Assembly (NCBI GenBank): GCA_028023455.1 | Contig: JAQFVV010000008.1 | Span: 5,952,001 to 6,016,000 of the forward strand | Source of the DNA: Epiperipatus broadwayi | Taxonomy: Eukaryota > Animalia > Onychophora | Direction of reading: 5' to 3' | Length of the DNA: 64,000 nucleotides | Part shown: one piece after another, positions 25,962 to 37,889 of the stretch | Numbering within the stretch: the first letter of the stretch is position 1 | Layout of the letters: every line of letters starts with the position of its first letter | Made by a program: the position numbers and the translations under genes | Notes under the pieces: model-generated | The model's database searches: none | Seen by the model: the letters and a program-made list of their open reading frames with translations, nothing else | What the model was told of the DNA's origin: nothing

Positions 25962-28454
25962 ATGAGTCATAGCTATAATCTCCTAGAAAGGGAAAACGTC
26001 AGGTCAACCCGGCTAACAAGATCGCACAGCGATAGTAACGTAAAGCAATCTATTTCCATGCCTAACATAAGCCCTAATGAAAAAAATAATAATATAAGCT
26101 ATCAAAATTACTCTAAATCGGTTGATACAAAGCAGGAAGGCCTTGGCTTTCTTAATAAAAAAAAAAGTAAAAGCATTCAGCAATCAAAAGAAACTCTTGT
26201 GAATCCAAACAAAAATAACACGACCGCGACTTCTAAAATGCAAAAAGTTGTTACGGTAAATTCGACCGTAAACCTTAAAAAATCAGAATTTCCCACTAAT
26301 ATCTCACAAGACCTATCTAAACCTATCAATGCACCTGAAAACCCACATACTAAACACCCAAAACAACGTCATATGTCCAAAAATAGCCCAAATCTAGCAG
26401 AAAATCCTTTTGGAGATTTCAGCACGACAAGTTTTGAAAAGTTTTTAAATGAAGGTGGCGTATCACCGGTAACGGCTATAGATCTCTGTAACGATCCTTT
26501 AGATGAACCAAAAATCACTTTACAAACAAAATTAAAAGCTCATAAAGGAGAAATAAGTAAAAATACTCAGCCTCAGCCCCAATCTGATGGTTTTATACCC
26601 GTAAAACAAAATTCAAGTGGAAAATTCGATTCGAAATCCAATAGCAAAATACACAATTCGTATATCGATCCAATAATAAATTTAGGAAAACCGCTAGTAT
26701 CACCGACTGAAATAAACTTTATTGAAACAGATTTTCCATGCATTAACGCCAATTTTCAAACCAATAACGCGATCTCTGACCACAATCTAGCAGGTAATCA
26801 TACTATAGGTTTTCAACCTTCAACATCAAATACAAATGTCAATTCCAACCTAACAAAAAACCGAAGCTATGCTACGGTATTGGGAAACAATAAATCTAAA
26901 GCCCATATCCAAGAAGCAACTGAACCAGATATTCAACACAATGTCATGGACTTCATTGATGATGATAACCTTATCTCAATCAATGATGAGATCAACACAG
27001 AACCATACCAACTTTCCCAGTCCTATATGAACAATTATGAAGCCATAAGCCAAGAATTTAATTCTAGAATTCCTTCAGTGTTATTTAACTCCTTCCTCAA
27101 CTACCACAGCGATAACACATTGATTCTAACCACCACTAACGACCTCTGTCAGTTATTCACTTTTCCAACGGATGATCTCTTTCTGCTTCTTAAAAGTCTT
27201 CAATTAACAGAATCTATTCGCAGGGTCTATCACCACCCTAACAGACGCTACTTCATTATTGAGTTTCAGAATCTACTACAGAAAGAACTCTTTAAAAGAC
27301 AACAACTGTTCTTAAAAGACCGATATCTCATCAAAATAGATATGAATAAACCAAGAACAGCCTATGGAATAGCACGTAACTGCTACTTTAATTTCACTGA
27401 TGCTGATCTACAGAGGCTGCTTGCTAGATATGGTGTGTTAACTAGTTTCAAGTACCTCGCAGAGAGAAGGGTAGATATTGAGCTTCCATCCAACAGCGCT
27501 GCCTTCTCTCTCAAGCTCAATCAAGGCGTCACTCCATCGGATATTCCTATAACTCTGGAAGAAAAAAAATGTCCAATTTACATAGCTATTCGAGGTGTAC
27601 AACCTCAGTGTTTCCACTGTGGAGACCGATCACATCTTGTAAGGTCATGCCCAAACAGAATTTGTGATGTCTGCAACAGTAGGAAAAGCAAAAATCATAG
27701 ATGCATAAAAAATACGCAAAACTTAATTCAGCTATCATATTCTTCACCCACTAACACAGAGGACCACATAAAAGGGCAGATACAAGACTCCAACACTGAC
27801 TTACTGTTGGAAAACAATCTAGAAATGGACCATCGCACTTCAACCAACTCATCTAATGATTACACACCGGTCAAACAACTCCAGCCTCCCATTCTACAAC
27901 ACAAGACACAAAACCACACCAGCACCCATATGAACCCAAAACAACAAACATCAGCTACCAACATGACACCCCAGAAGATGCAAGAAGCATTCAAAACTCA
28001 CTCAAAGGAAGATCATCCAACAAAAGCTCCCAACAGTGAACCATTATCAACAAAACAAACTCTTCCAGTCACGAAGTCTCAACAAGAACATCCCATTCCA
28101 AACAACAAAAGAAAAACCCAAGACTCATCCAGCTCGCAGCCAGAAGACATTAACTCATCTACGGCTGACTCGGACAATGATGACAAAAACAACAAACAAG
28201 CAGCAAGCCATGCTACTAACTTGAGAAAAAAGAGAGAAAAAAGAACTAAACTAGCTCAATCACTCAGCACACAAGAAAGCAGCTCTTCCCAAAACACAGC
28301 TTTTGAAAATGATCACAATGAAGATAAACACAATTCCAACCCCTACTTAAGCTCCAAAATACCTGTTCCAACTCAACTGGTAATGGTGTCACATGACCCT
28401 GACAAACCACTTAGTGAAAATCAGAATTTTATGTCAATAATCTCCCCTATGTGA
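25962..28454 (+). CDS. LINE ORF1, gag-like nucleic-acid-binding protein (830 aa)
   Basis: Uninterrupted ORF from ATG 25962. CX2CX4HX4C knuckle CFHCGDRSHLVRSC at 27609-27650. Low-complexity N- and C-terminal regions. Confidence 0.9.
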   Translation: MSHSYNLLERENVRSTRLTRSHSDSNVKQSISMPNISPNEKNNNISYQNYSKSVDTKQEGLGFLNKKKSKSIQQSKETLVNPNKNNTTATSKMQKVVTVNSTVNLKKSEFPTNISQDLSKPINAPENPHTKHPKQRHMSKNSPNLAENPFGDFSTTSFEKFLNEGGVSPVTAIDLCNDPLDEPKITLQTKLKAHKGEISKNTQPQPQSDGFIPVKQNSSGKFDSKSNSKIHNSYIDPIINLGKPLVSPTEINFIETDFPCINANFQTNNAISDHNLAGNHTIGFQPSTSNTNVNSNLTKNRSYATVLGNNKSKAHIQEATEPDIQHNVMDFIDDDNLISINDEINTEPYQLSQSYMNNYEAISQEFNSRIPSVLFNSFLNYHSDNTLILTTTNDLCQLFTFPTDDLFLLLKSLQLTESIRRVYHHPNRRYFIIEFQNLLQKELFKRQQLFLKDRYLIKIDMNKPRTAYGIARNCYFNFTDADLQRLLARYGVLTSFKYLAERRVDIELPSNSAAFSLKLNQGVTPSDIPITLEEKKCPIYIAIRGVQPQCFHCGDRSHLVRSCPNRICDVCNSRKSKNHRCIKNTQNLIQLSYSSPTNTEDHIKGQIQDSNTDLLLENNLEMDHRTSTNSSNDYTPVKQLQPPILQHKTQNHTSTHMNPKQQTSATNMTPQKMQEAFKTHSKEDHPTKAPNSEPLSTKQTLPVTKSQQEHPIPNNKRKTQDSSSSQPEDINSSTADSDNDDKNNKQAASHATNLRKKREKRTKLAQSLSTQESSSSQNTAFENDHNEDKHNSNPYLSSKIPVPTQLVMVSHDPDKPLSENQNFMSIISPM

Positions 28455-28508
28455 TGTACTAATCACAGCTTAGTATACATAACCTACAAATCTCTGTAAC
28501 AACTCAAC

Positions 28509-31500
28509 ATGCTTATTAAATTGGCCGGAATAAACATAAGGGGTTTTAACTCTCTGGGCCGTGTCTTTGCACTTAAAAGATGGCTAGACAAAACAGACCT
28601 CCACATAGTCTGTCTATCCGAAACTAAATTACATATAAACTCAAATTACCAAATAACTCAACTGATGCAACAATATGGTCTATTTCATTATGTACCCTCA
28701 AACACAGCATCTTCTGGAGTTGCTTTTATAATCAATAAGAACCTGACCTACAGCTCTTTCAGAACATTACACCTTAGCAATGATCTATTGGTCATTAAGT
28801 TCACTTTTGGAAATATGGCAATAAATATCATTTACTTGTACATCAGAAATGATGCTTACTCAGCACAACTAGTAATCAATAAAATCAATTCTCTTCTCTC
28901 TTCAGATGCCTCCCCTATTGTTTTTTTTTGGTGACTTCAACATGAGTTACGATAACTTCAACAAAAAACATCTTCACTTAATTAATAGAGTCCTCTTGTG
29001 TGGAGAGGGGTTTTTCCCTCCTGGATCATTCTCCTTCTACACACTGCAAAAGAAATCCCTAATTGACCTTCTCTACTATTCACCTGAACTTCACTTTGAC
29101 ATATGCGCCAAGCTTCAATTGGTTCCCTTCACTGATCATTTAGCTCTTCTAATTTCACTTCATATAGATCCCACCACCGCAGTTCATATAGATTATACAC
29201 CTACCATTAGACTACTCAACAAAGCAGCAACTCCAGAACTCATTTTCTCTGAAGCATATATCTTGTTCCAAAAAATCAAAATTCTTACTTTGCCTCCACT
29301 ACAGGCTTGGTCATCTTTCACCGGTATATTGAGCTCACTCATAGACTCGTACACAAAGAAAACCAAAGGTCCAAATCAACTATTAAAAGATTTGGATGCC
29401 ATAAACAACAGGTTAAAATCTCTACACCATATTGACATTCATCCCCAAGATATTTTGGAGCTAAAAACTCAATACCATAGCAAGCAAAAGGTCCTCGCGC
29501 ATTACATTGCTACTAAAAGGTCTAAAATCTTCTTGGCCAACCAGCATAGCTGGACCCGCAGCTACATTCGCTGGGCAATTGGTTCGGTGGCCAGACCCAC
29601 ACCTACTTCATTGTCAGTAGATCAGGGTTGCCTCAGTGGCCCAGCAATGCTTGCAAAGATTCATGAACACTTTCAGGCCAGGCTACAGAATTATAAATTT
29701 GAAATTGGAAACATCTGGAATCACTTGGAAGATGGGATCGCTCATGATATCAGTGAAAATCAGATAATCCAAAAGCTCATGGCCTATCCGGAGAGTGTTC
29801 ATCCGGGACTCCATGGAATTCCAAGATTTGTACTTGTCCACCTGAGACATTTCACAGCCCCCATTGTACTGCGGATGATAGATGTTCTGGCAGGAGAGTT
29901 TCAAAACATTCCAGACCTGTACCCTGTGGCCCTTGTTCCTTTCCTAAAAAAGCCCATCAATCCCTCTACCCTATCCAACATAAGGCCCATTTCCATGATT
30001 CCCCTCCTAATTAAGATCATTGAGGCCATAGTCAAGGACAAAATCCAAGATCAACTCTATACACACATCACGCCATATCAATTTGCACGTAAGGGCTCTT
30101 CCACCACGGATGCTGCACAGCGTTTTCTTCTTCTGGTAGAACACATCAGACTGCACAAAAAATCCAAGCCTATAGTTATTCAACTTGACTTTGCCTCGGC
30201 TTTTGACTCTGTTATACCCACTGTCCTACTCCAGACTCTCCTTGATTATCAAGTCCCTGGCATCTATACCAGAATTATTGGTAATCTGCTTTTGAACAGA
30301 TCTATCTTTACGTCACTGGATGGAAGACTGTCCAATGGTTTCAGACCTCATCTTTCCATTCCCCAGGGATCACCACTCGCCACTCTCTGCTTCATCACCT
30401 ATATAAATCCTATGCTCAGAGAGATTGAGCGCAGACTCCCTGGAATTTTCGTGCCAGCCCTGAAACATCATGTACAACACATAACCTATGTTGATGATGT
30501 CACCATCTTCCTCCCCGATAAAACTCACCTTCCAACACTCACACAAATCATTGATAAATATTCAAAGAAACTAAATCTGAACATCAACTACAGTAAGTCC
30601 TCCATGTGGAAAATCAGTACTGGCTCAGTGATTCCGTCAGTCTTTACAGCTGAGCCGCAACTCTTCCTCGGTTTTCCTATGGCCAAGTCCAGACTTGCTA
30701 TGGCAAAAGATATCCAACACTCCATCTTGGAAAAAACTAGCAAAGTGGTTCGATCTTTATCCCGAATCTCTCTTTCCCTGCCGGGCAAAGTAGCCCTTCT
30801 CAACATGCTGGTGTTTCCGAGATTGAATTATTATCTTCCCATAATTAAACCCACTAAAGCATTTCAGTCGTCAATGAACTCACTGTGTTCAAAGCTCATG
30901 TGGAGTGGAAAGATTGTTGCCATCAGCATCTGTAAGATGCAAATGCCCAGAGAGTTAAATGGACTTGGATTGCACTCTGTTTCAACAATCTATTTACAGA
31001 AGGCAATTGCAGTTCTACGTGCAATTCACTTAAAACAGCCAGAACTAAACCTAGCCACTCCAGTGGAACCTACAGACACACCACCACCTCTTGCTAGCAG
31101 ATGGGCCACAATTATTTGGTTACATGTCACCAAGCTGATAAATCTATCTAAAACCTCTTTTGAAGGTAAAATAACCTACTGGCAGGCCTATAACCTCAGA
31201 TTTCAAAACCAGACTGCCCTCCTGACCACATTGAACATAGACAATAAACCATTGCTTAAAAAATTGAAGAACTGGTTTGTTGAACCAAAATACATAGATT
31301 TTATCTTAAAGCTCAACATCTCATCCTTACCCACTAACCATTTCTTAGTATGGAAAAGAGGATTCACCAAAATCAATCCTCAATGCCAGCTATGTAATAC
31401 TGCCGATGAAACCATCCAACATTTACTTTATAATTGTCCGTTTCTTTTCCAAATCAGAAACTTCATCACAGAGAAAGTTACATCTGACATCGGAGAAGCC

Positions 31501-31812
31501 TTAAATATCCAGAATGCCATCAAGACAGGAATTTTTTCTCTTATCCGATTCTCTGTCTTCCTTACCTTTGCAGTCTGGTTGACCAGATGCGAATGTGTTT
31601 TCCGTCATTCAGGATCTTCAGTCACAGAGACCTTTATAGGTCTTGTCAAGAGCATAAGTGCCAGGGACCGGCTGCTTGCACCAGAATGGTTATACAAAGA
31701 GACTTGGTCCAGGATTGATCTACCAAGCGTTGATCTTATGAACTTTTGCAATCAGTCATTGCAGTATACCATGTATGAAAACAGTATCATGAAACCATGT
31801 AAACTTTGTTAA
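28509..31812 (+). CDS. LINE ORF2 (APE + RT + C-terminal zinc finger, ~1100 aa) with one +1 frameshift at T9 28921-28929
   Basis: APE motifs INIRG, LSETK, GDFN and TDH; RT motifs RPIS, LDFASAFD, PQGSPL and YVDD (30487-30498); CQLC...ETIQHLLYNC. Removing one T fuses ORF 28509-28934 to ORF 28906-31812 as IVFFGDFN. Confidence 0.9.
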
Positions 31813-31891
31813 TAAAATTTTTTGTTTTTTTTTTAAAAAAAAAAAAACTAAGTCTTAAGTGTAAATAAATGCTTTGTTTGTTATTCAAAAA

Positions 31892-31906
31892 AATATACTT
31901 TCACAA
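31892..31906 (+). repeat. Right target-site duplication AATATACTTTCACAA
   Basis: Identical to 25788-25802. Confidence 0.9.
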
Positions 31907-32196
31907 TGCTTTATTTAAATTTTTTATGATAGTTTTGACTACCTAGCAGTTTTCTTCAGATCTTCATTCTAAAGAATACTGAACATTGTGAAAGTGCATT
32001 AGAATTGTGAAAGTGCATTAGAATGGATATGGTTTTTTATATACAGGATTTATATTTTATTTATTCCTGTATTCTTCAAAGAAAGCTTTCTAATGTGAAA
32101 TTAATTTATTTTATAAATCTTAATTTTTTAGTTTATATATATATATAAAGATTATTTCAAATCTAAATTCTATTGTTCTTTCCAAAGATGCTGTTC

Positions 32197-32365
32197 TCTC
32201 AGATCCAAGGCTACTCACTGATGAAAGCCACAAGTTAGATACTAGTCTTGAGATATTGGATGAGAAGGCACTAGATAGGGATTTTATGCAAGTCTTCTTG
32301 CATCCATTGATTACACTGGCTTGCACTGGTGGTACAACTGCATGGAGAGTTTAGCCTCTGTGTGT
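32197..32365 (-). repeat. Partial copy of the unclassified repeat at 58886-59279
   Basis: Its reverse complement aligns with ~58945-59110 (AAACTCTCCAT...ATAAAATCCCTATCTAGTGCCT.CTCATCCAATATC...TTGGATCTGAGAG). Confidence 0.8.
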
Positions 32366-33199
32366 GTGGTTTCTTGAATTCATAGCTATTGTTATTTCTT
32401 GCACCTATTCTTTTACAGATATTCTATTTTCTATTTCTTTCTTGGTATACACTTTATATTTAACATCCGTCATTAAATTGCATAATAATCACTTCCTTAA
32501 AAAAAAAAAAAAAACATTTCTCTTACTTATTCTAATTTTTGTATTTTAAATATCTGACTTATTATAATTCTTTGGTATTTTCTGAAACAATTAAGATAAA
32601 AAAGTGAAAAATTAATTTATTGAATAATAAAGTTGAAAATTAATATTTTTTGTTATTAGTGTAACAAATAAATTTTATAATAGAAGTAAGAGTAAGTAAA
32701 GAAAACTAACCAGCTGCTGTCAAACTGTTTTTCTGTATTATAGATTAAATATATCATTCAACTATCAAACATGCATCCTGAGTTATGAAACATTAAAAAT
32801 ATTGTAAGAATGTGCACATTGAATATTGAATCAACAGATAACACATCTATAAGTAGCACATATGCAAGCATTATGAAGAATTTGGTGATTATAAGTGATA
32901 AAAAAATTCCAAGTCAGACCTCTAGCAAAGCAAATTCTCGCTTCGCTTTCATAAGTCAGACCTAAATGATATTTGCAATTTAGATTTAAGAATACAAAAA
33001 AATAGTCATCGCTCTCCCCCCCCCCCCGACTAACAGATTGGACAACAGAAACTTTAGAAAACATTTCATAAAAATACAATAACACCATTCCCCATGGTCT
33101 ATGTAATTCATTTAAATATTTTTTTCATCAAGATCAATTGTAATATCTGCCACAGATTCTAATTGCTCATTATATCAGTTTCCTTGTCAATTATTCTTT

Positions 33200-36100
33200 G
33201 AAGTAGTTACAGTCCATGGGTTATGGGAAACAATAGAATCGCCAACCTTACATATCCTAAATATATAGCTGTCGAGTTCTTTGAGGTAAATCAAAAGCAG
33301 CATTTTCAGACTTTGATTAAAACAATAGGTAACTTTGTATTGGTTTCAGTAGATGAAAGCATCATTACTGGAGTACTTAAAAACACATACTTCAATTATA
33401 CAATTCAAGATTTTCAAAAAATGATGCAGCTATTCGGTAAAATAATATGCTTACAAGAAATTTACTTAAAGGACACACCTATACCAATAGCAATAAATAA
33501 CTATGAATTCAAACTCAGGCTACACTAAAACATCAATCTAAACTCTATCCCTACACAGATATAAATCAAGAGGCTATGCTAAATCTTTACATAAGGACCT
33601 AAACCTGGATGTTATTCATGTAGACAGAAAACATCTAGCCACTCATTGCAATGACTTTTCTAGCCAGCTAAAAAGCCACAACAATGAACTACTCAGTCAT
33701 CAATTTCACAATCAGAACATAAATAACCAACATCCAAAAAACAACAATACTGTCAGACAAAATGAAAAGTAATCTATAACAAGATGAAAACATAAATAAA
33801 CCCTTCCAAAATAACAATAAGCAAAATTATATTATAACTGAAGAAAATATAACTGCCACTACTTCAATAAAACAAATACACCTAATTGATGATAATACAT
33901 GTAACCAGTCTATTTTATAAAAAGAGGGAGAATGGTGAGATCAATTCAATGACTATAGAATCAAACCCACCCCTTCATCTAATGAAATTACTAATTCAGA
34001 AATAAACAAGATGCCTCATTAATAAAACTTCACAGATTATGGAAACAATCACACTATGTATGCCAATCATTGAAACACCCACCCAAGAAAGTAAAAAAAT
34101 CAGGTCACTCCAAGATAAAATATGATAATGAAAAAATTAAAACTGATGACAATGCATGAATATCAGATATTTCTGATCTTGCAGTTGACTGGAACATACC
34201 CATGGAAATTGGTAGCCACCAATTAAATATAACTCACAACTTCATCATGGAACTTCTTATGAGACTTGGTCATCAACTACTTAAACCAATCCTCAAGATC
34301 AATGGCATTTATAAATCAAAGAGACAAAATGCACTCAAGTTTACATAATGTATTCACTAATAATATCATCGAAATCAAACTCAGCAATTCAACTAAATAA
34401 TGAAAATAAAAATAACAGCATTTAATGTCAGAAGCATTAATTCAGCCACAAAATTATATCAATTTAACAGGTGGATAAACTTAGTAAAACCACATGTCCT
34501 TGGCATTCTTGAAACAAAAATATATAGCGGTTTGCAGATAGATCCTTCTAGTTATCTAAACAAGTAAGGTTTTTATGCATGTTCACAGAATGCCTTATTA
34601 CCATCAAGAACTGGTATGGTTATTGCTCCCACTTATGTATTTTCAACATTTAAAATTATATATTGACTCAAACTTATTAATTGACACATTTCACAACTGT
34701 ATCACAGTAATCAACATAGTTTTGGTTTATATTCCTCCAGGTCTTTCCATTATATCACATAGCATTTTCACAATTAACTCTTTCTTAGCATCAACTCCTT
34801 TTCCAACAATCTTGATGGGTGATTTTAATATGAATTATGATACATTTACATCCAGATAGCCCTACCACTTATGAGTGGTGAAAGGTTTTTTCCATTAAAT
34901 TCAGTTTCATTTCATAATAAATGGTTTGCAACCCTCATTGATTTGTGTTTTTATTCACCAATGCTCCATCATCTGATGGAAATAACTCTAAATCCTTCTC
35001 CATTCTCTAATAACTCAGCACAGACACTCACCCTAAATCCAACAGATATACAAACAACTTCAATTATGTTAGAAAGAACAATGCATATACTCCTTCCTAT
35101 ATCTACCACAGAGTTTTTATTTTTGGAAACATATATTATGTTATGAAAACTGGATGCCATCATATTTGATCCCATCCAAAATTATTTAGCATTCATCAAC
35201 ATACTTTCATTCAACATTGATAATTTAACACAAAACTCACCTCCACCCTCTCATCTTCTAGCAATGGCAGATGAAATACACAGGTGGATCACCATGTGCT
35301 GCCAGTACAAGACTCTCAACAGAATGTATATAAACTTACACAAATATGTAATAATACATGCAACTAAACTTAAAGAATATCTAACTGCAAAAAGGAGGAA
35401 AGTTTGCCTTAGCCAACCTCATACTTAATCTAAGGGTTACATTCATTGGACTCTTGGATATGCCCCCACGTTAAGAGTTCCCATGGCAATACAAGCTGAA
35501 GGAGTCATGTATGCTGACCAAAACATGATACAGTTTATTTTTCACCACTTTAAAAAACAACTTCAGGAACAACAAGTCTTCACATGATCACATGACTATT
35601 TTGGACCACCTGAAACAGATGCTCCATTTAATTCTGTGCAGTTTGCAGCCAAACATGCCACAATTGACAACACATGTCATCCCAGAACTAATGGCATTCC
35701 TAAGTTTGTTTTTTCACACTTGAGCCAATTCACCACACAATATATATGTAATCTAGCCAACTACTTGTCCCAGAAAATTTATGATATCAAAAAACTAAAT
35801 ACTATAGCTATCATACATTTTAATCCCATATCAACACTTACCAACCTTCTGTCTATTACTATTGAACCATTAGGCATTAAGATCCTGGAAAAGGTCATAA
35901 AAGACTTCCACTAATCTCACTCTTCCATTTTTCTAAGAAAGGGTCATCTACTGGACAGGCTGCACTACTTTTCAAGACAATCATGAAATCAGTATAAAAA
36001 CAGAAAAAGTATGCACCTATTGCTGTTTAATTAGATATTGAGGCAGACTTTGATTCAGTGTCAATCAAAATACTACCAGACAAGCTAGTTAAATCACTAC

Positions 36101-37700
36101 CCCTCTTACCCTACTCTAGGTAATTGTCAATCTTTTACTTAATAGAAAGATTTACATCACACTTAATGGTAGAAAATCACCAACATTCACATCTATGCAA
36201 TCAATCTCACAAGGCTCACCTCTAAGTTCACTCCTTTTCTCCTTTTTTATTGATCCACTCATAAAAAATTCAACAGAAAATACCAGAAATTCAAATCCCA
36301 CACACTCAACAGTACATTCATGGATGACATTCCTATCTTTCTTAAATTTTGCAAACAGTTTGTAATATTGCAAAAGATACTTGAAGAATATACTTCTAAT
36401 TTTAAATTACACTTCAACCTTAATAAAACAGCCACCTGGTTTATATACACAACCAAGCCATATACAAAAATCTTTCATGGCAAACCTACTACTTTTCTTA
36501 GCTTTCCATTTTATATGGAGGCCAACACAATGAGACAAAGCATACCAAACAAATTACAAGAAACTGCAACAAAAATCACAACCTCCCTTTCAAAGGTCTA
36601 TCTTTTCATTTACTCCAAAGTTCAATTATTCAATATGTTTATTATTACAAAAATACCTACTTTTCCCCCATAATAAAATTTTCCAAATGTTTCACTTCAA
36701 AAATCTCATTGCTTTGCACTAAGCTATTATGGGGCTGGAAAGTTGTTGCAGTATCAGCTAAATGCCTGGACTATCAGCTAAATGCCTGGACTATGGCTTC
36801 ACACTGTTCACATATTTCATATACCAAAAAATGTGAACCTCATGGTATCAACCATAAGAAGGTTCCTTGCACTTTCATGCTTACTCACAGTCACTGCAAT
36901 AGATAGACCACCACCATTGTATAGATATATGCCATTCCTCATAAAGTCTGTAACAAACATATCTAGCCAAATATATATTCAATCTACAAACAAATACACA
37001 TACTGGAAAATCTACAGCTTATTATATCCAGATGCCTCTACAGGAACACTTGCACCAATCCTAGGAATCAATAATCATCAATTACTTAGAAGGTTCAGAA
37101 AATGGTCATTAGAGCCTAAATACTTTGATTTCATCTTGAGAATCAATCTCCATGCACTACCAATCTCATATTTCCTTCGCTTTCAATGTCTATCCACCAA
37201 CATTGATCCTTTCTGAAATCTTTGTCATACACCAGAGAAAACACAACACCATATATTTTTACACCTGCCAAGCTCTATCTAATACATGTAAAGTCATGAC
37301 TGATATCTGTTGTTGTCAAAATATCTCTATAAGAAACATTATGGAATCATATAAAAATTCTTCTACACCCACTGTTCATGCAATTACATTCCTATTATAT
37401 GCATACTGGTATACTCGTTGCTGCTTCACATTCAGAAATAATATTAGACATCATCCAGCTATCTTTACAAGTAAACTACAACAATTAAGAGCCTGAGATT
37501 GCAAAATTACTCCTCCAGACATTGTAACTGCAACATGGTCACTTATAAAACAACATTCGAATCTATAACCAGAGTACATTGGCTTAAATAAGCAATAATC
37601 AATCACATCTTCACAAGCATAACAATAGATATTGTGCAATCATCCAGATACTTTCCAAGTAATCACCTAATATTGTAAATACATATTAATTAATAGACTA
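33200..37700 (+). mobile_element. Old, near full-length, heavily mutated relative of the Tx1-type LINE
   Basis: Colinear fragments: ORF1 NTYFNYTIQDFQKMMQLFG (vs NCYFNFTDADLQRLLARYG); APE LMGDFNMNYD and GERFFP...LIDLCFYSP; RT ISQGSPL; RKWSLEPKYFDFILRINLHALP. Many stops and frameshifts. Confidence 0.88.
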
Positions 37701-37889
37701 CAGTGGTCATAAGAATAACAAGGGCAACAAAAGCACCTGTGGAACTTTCAAGTGAACTCATTACAAGTACAACTATAGTAATCAATGAACTATAGACATG
37801 ATTGCTCCTGTAACCCATCACAATCAGGTTATGTAAAATCTAATGTAACCTTTTTGAAGAATTAATACAGATCTATCTTTGAAACATAA

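Larger units (their letters stand above)
25803..31891 (+). mobile_element. Full-length L1/Tx1-type LINE (6089 bp), sense orientation in a TRPC intron
   Basis: Perfect 15-bp TSD, 5' UTR, ORF1 with CCHC knuckle, ORF2 with APE-RT-zinc finger. AATAAA at 31811 and 31864, short A tail. Confidence 0.93.
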
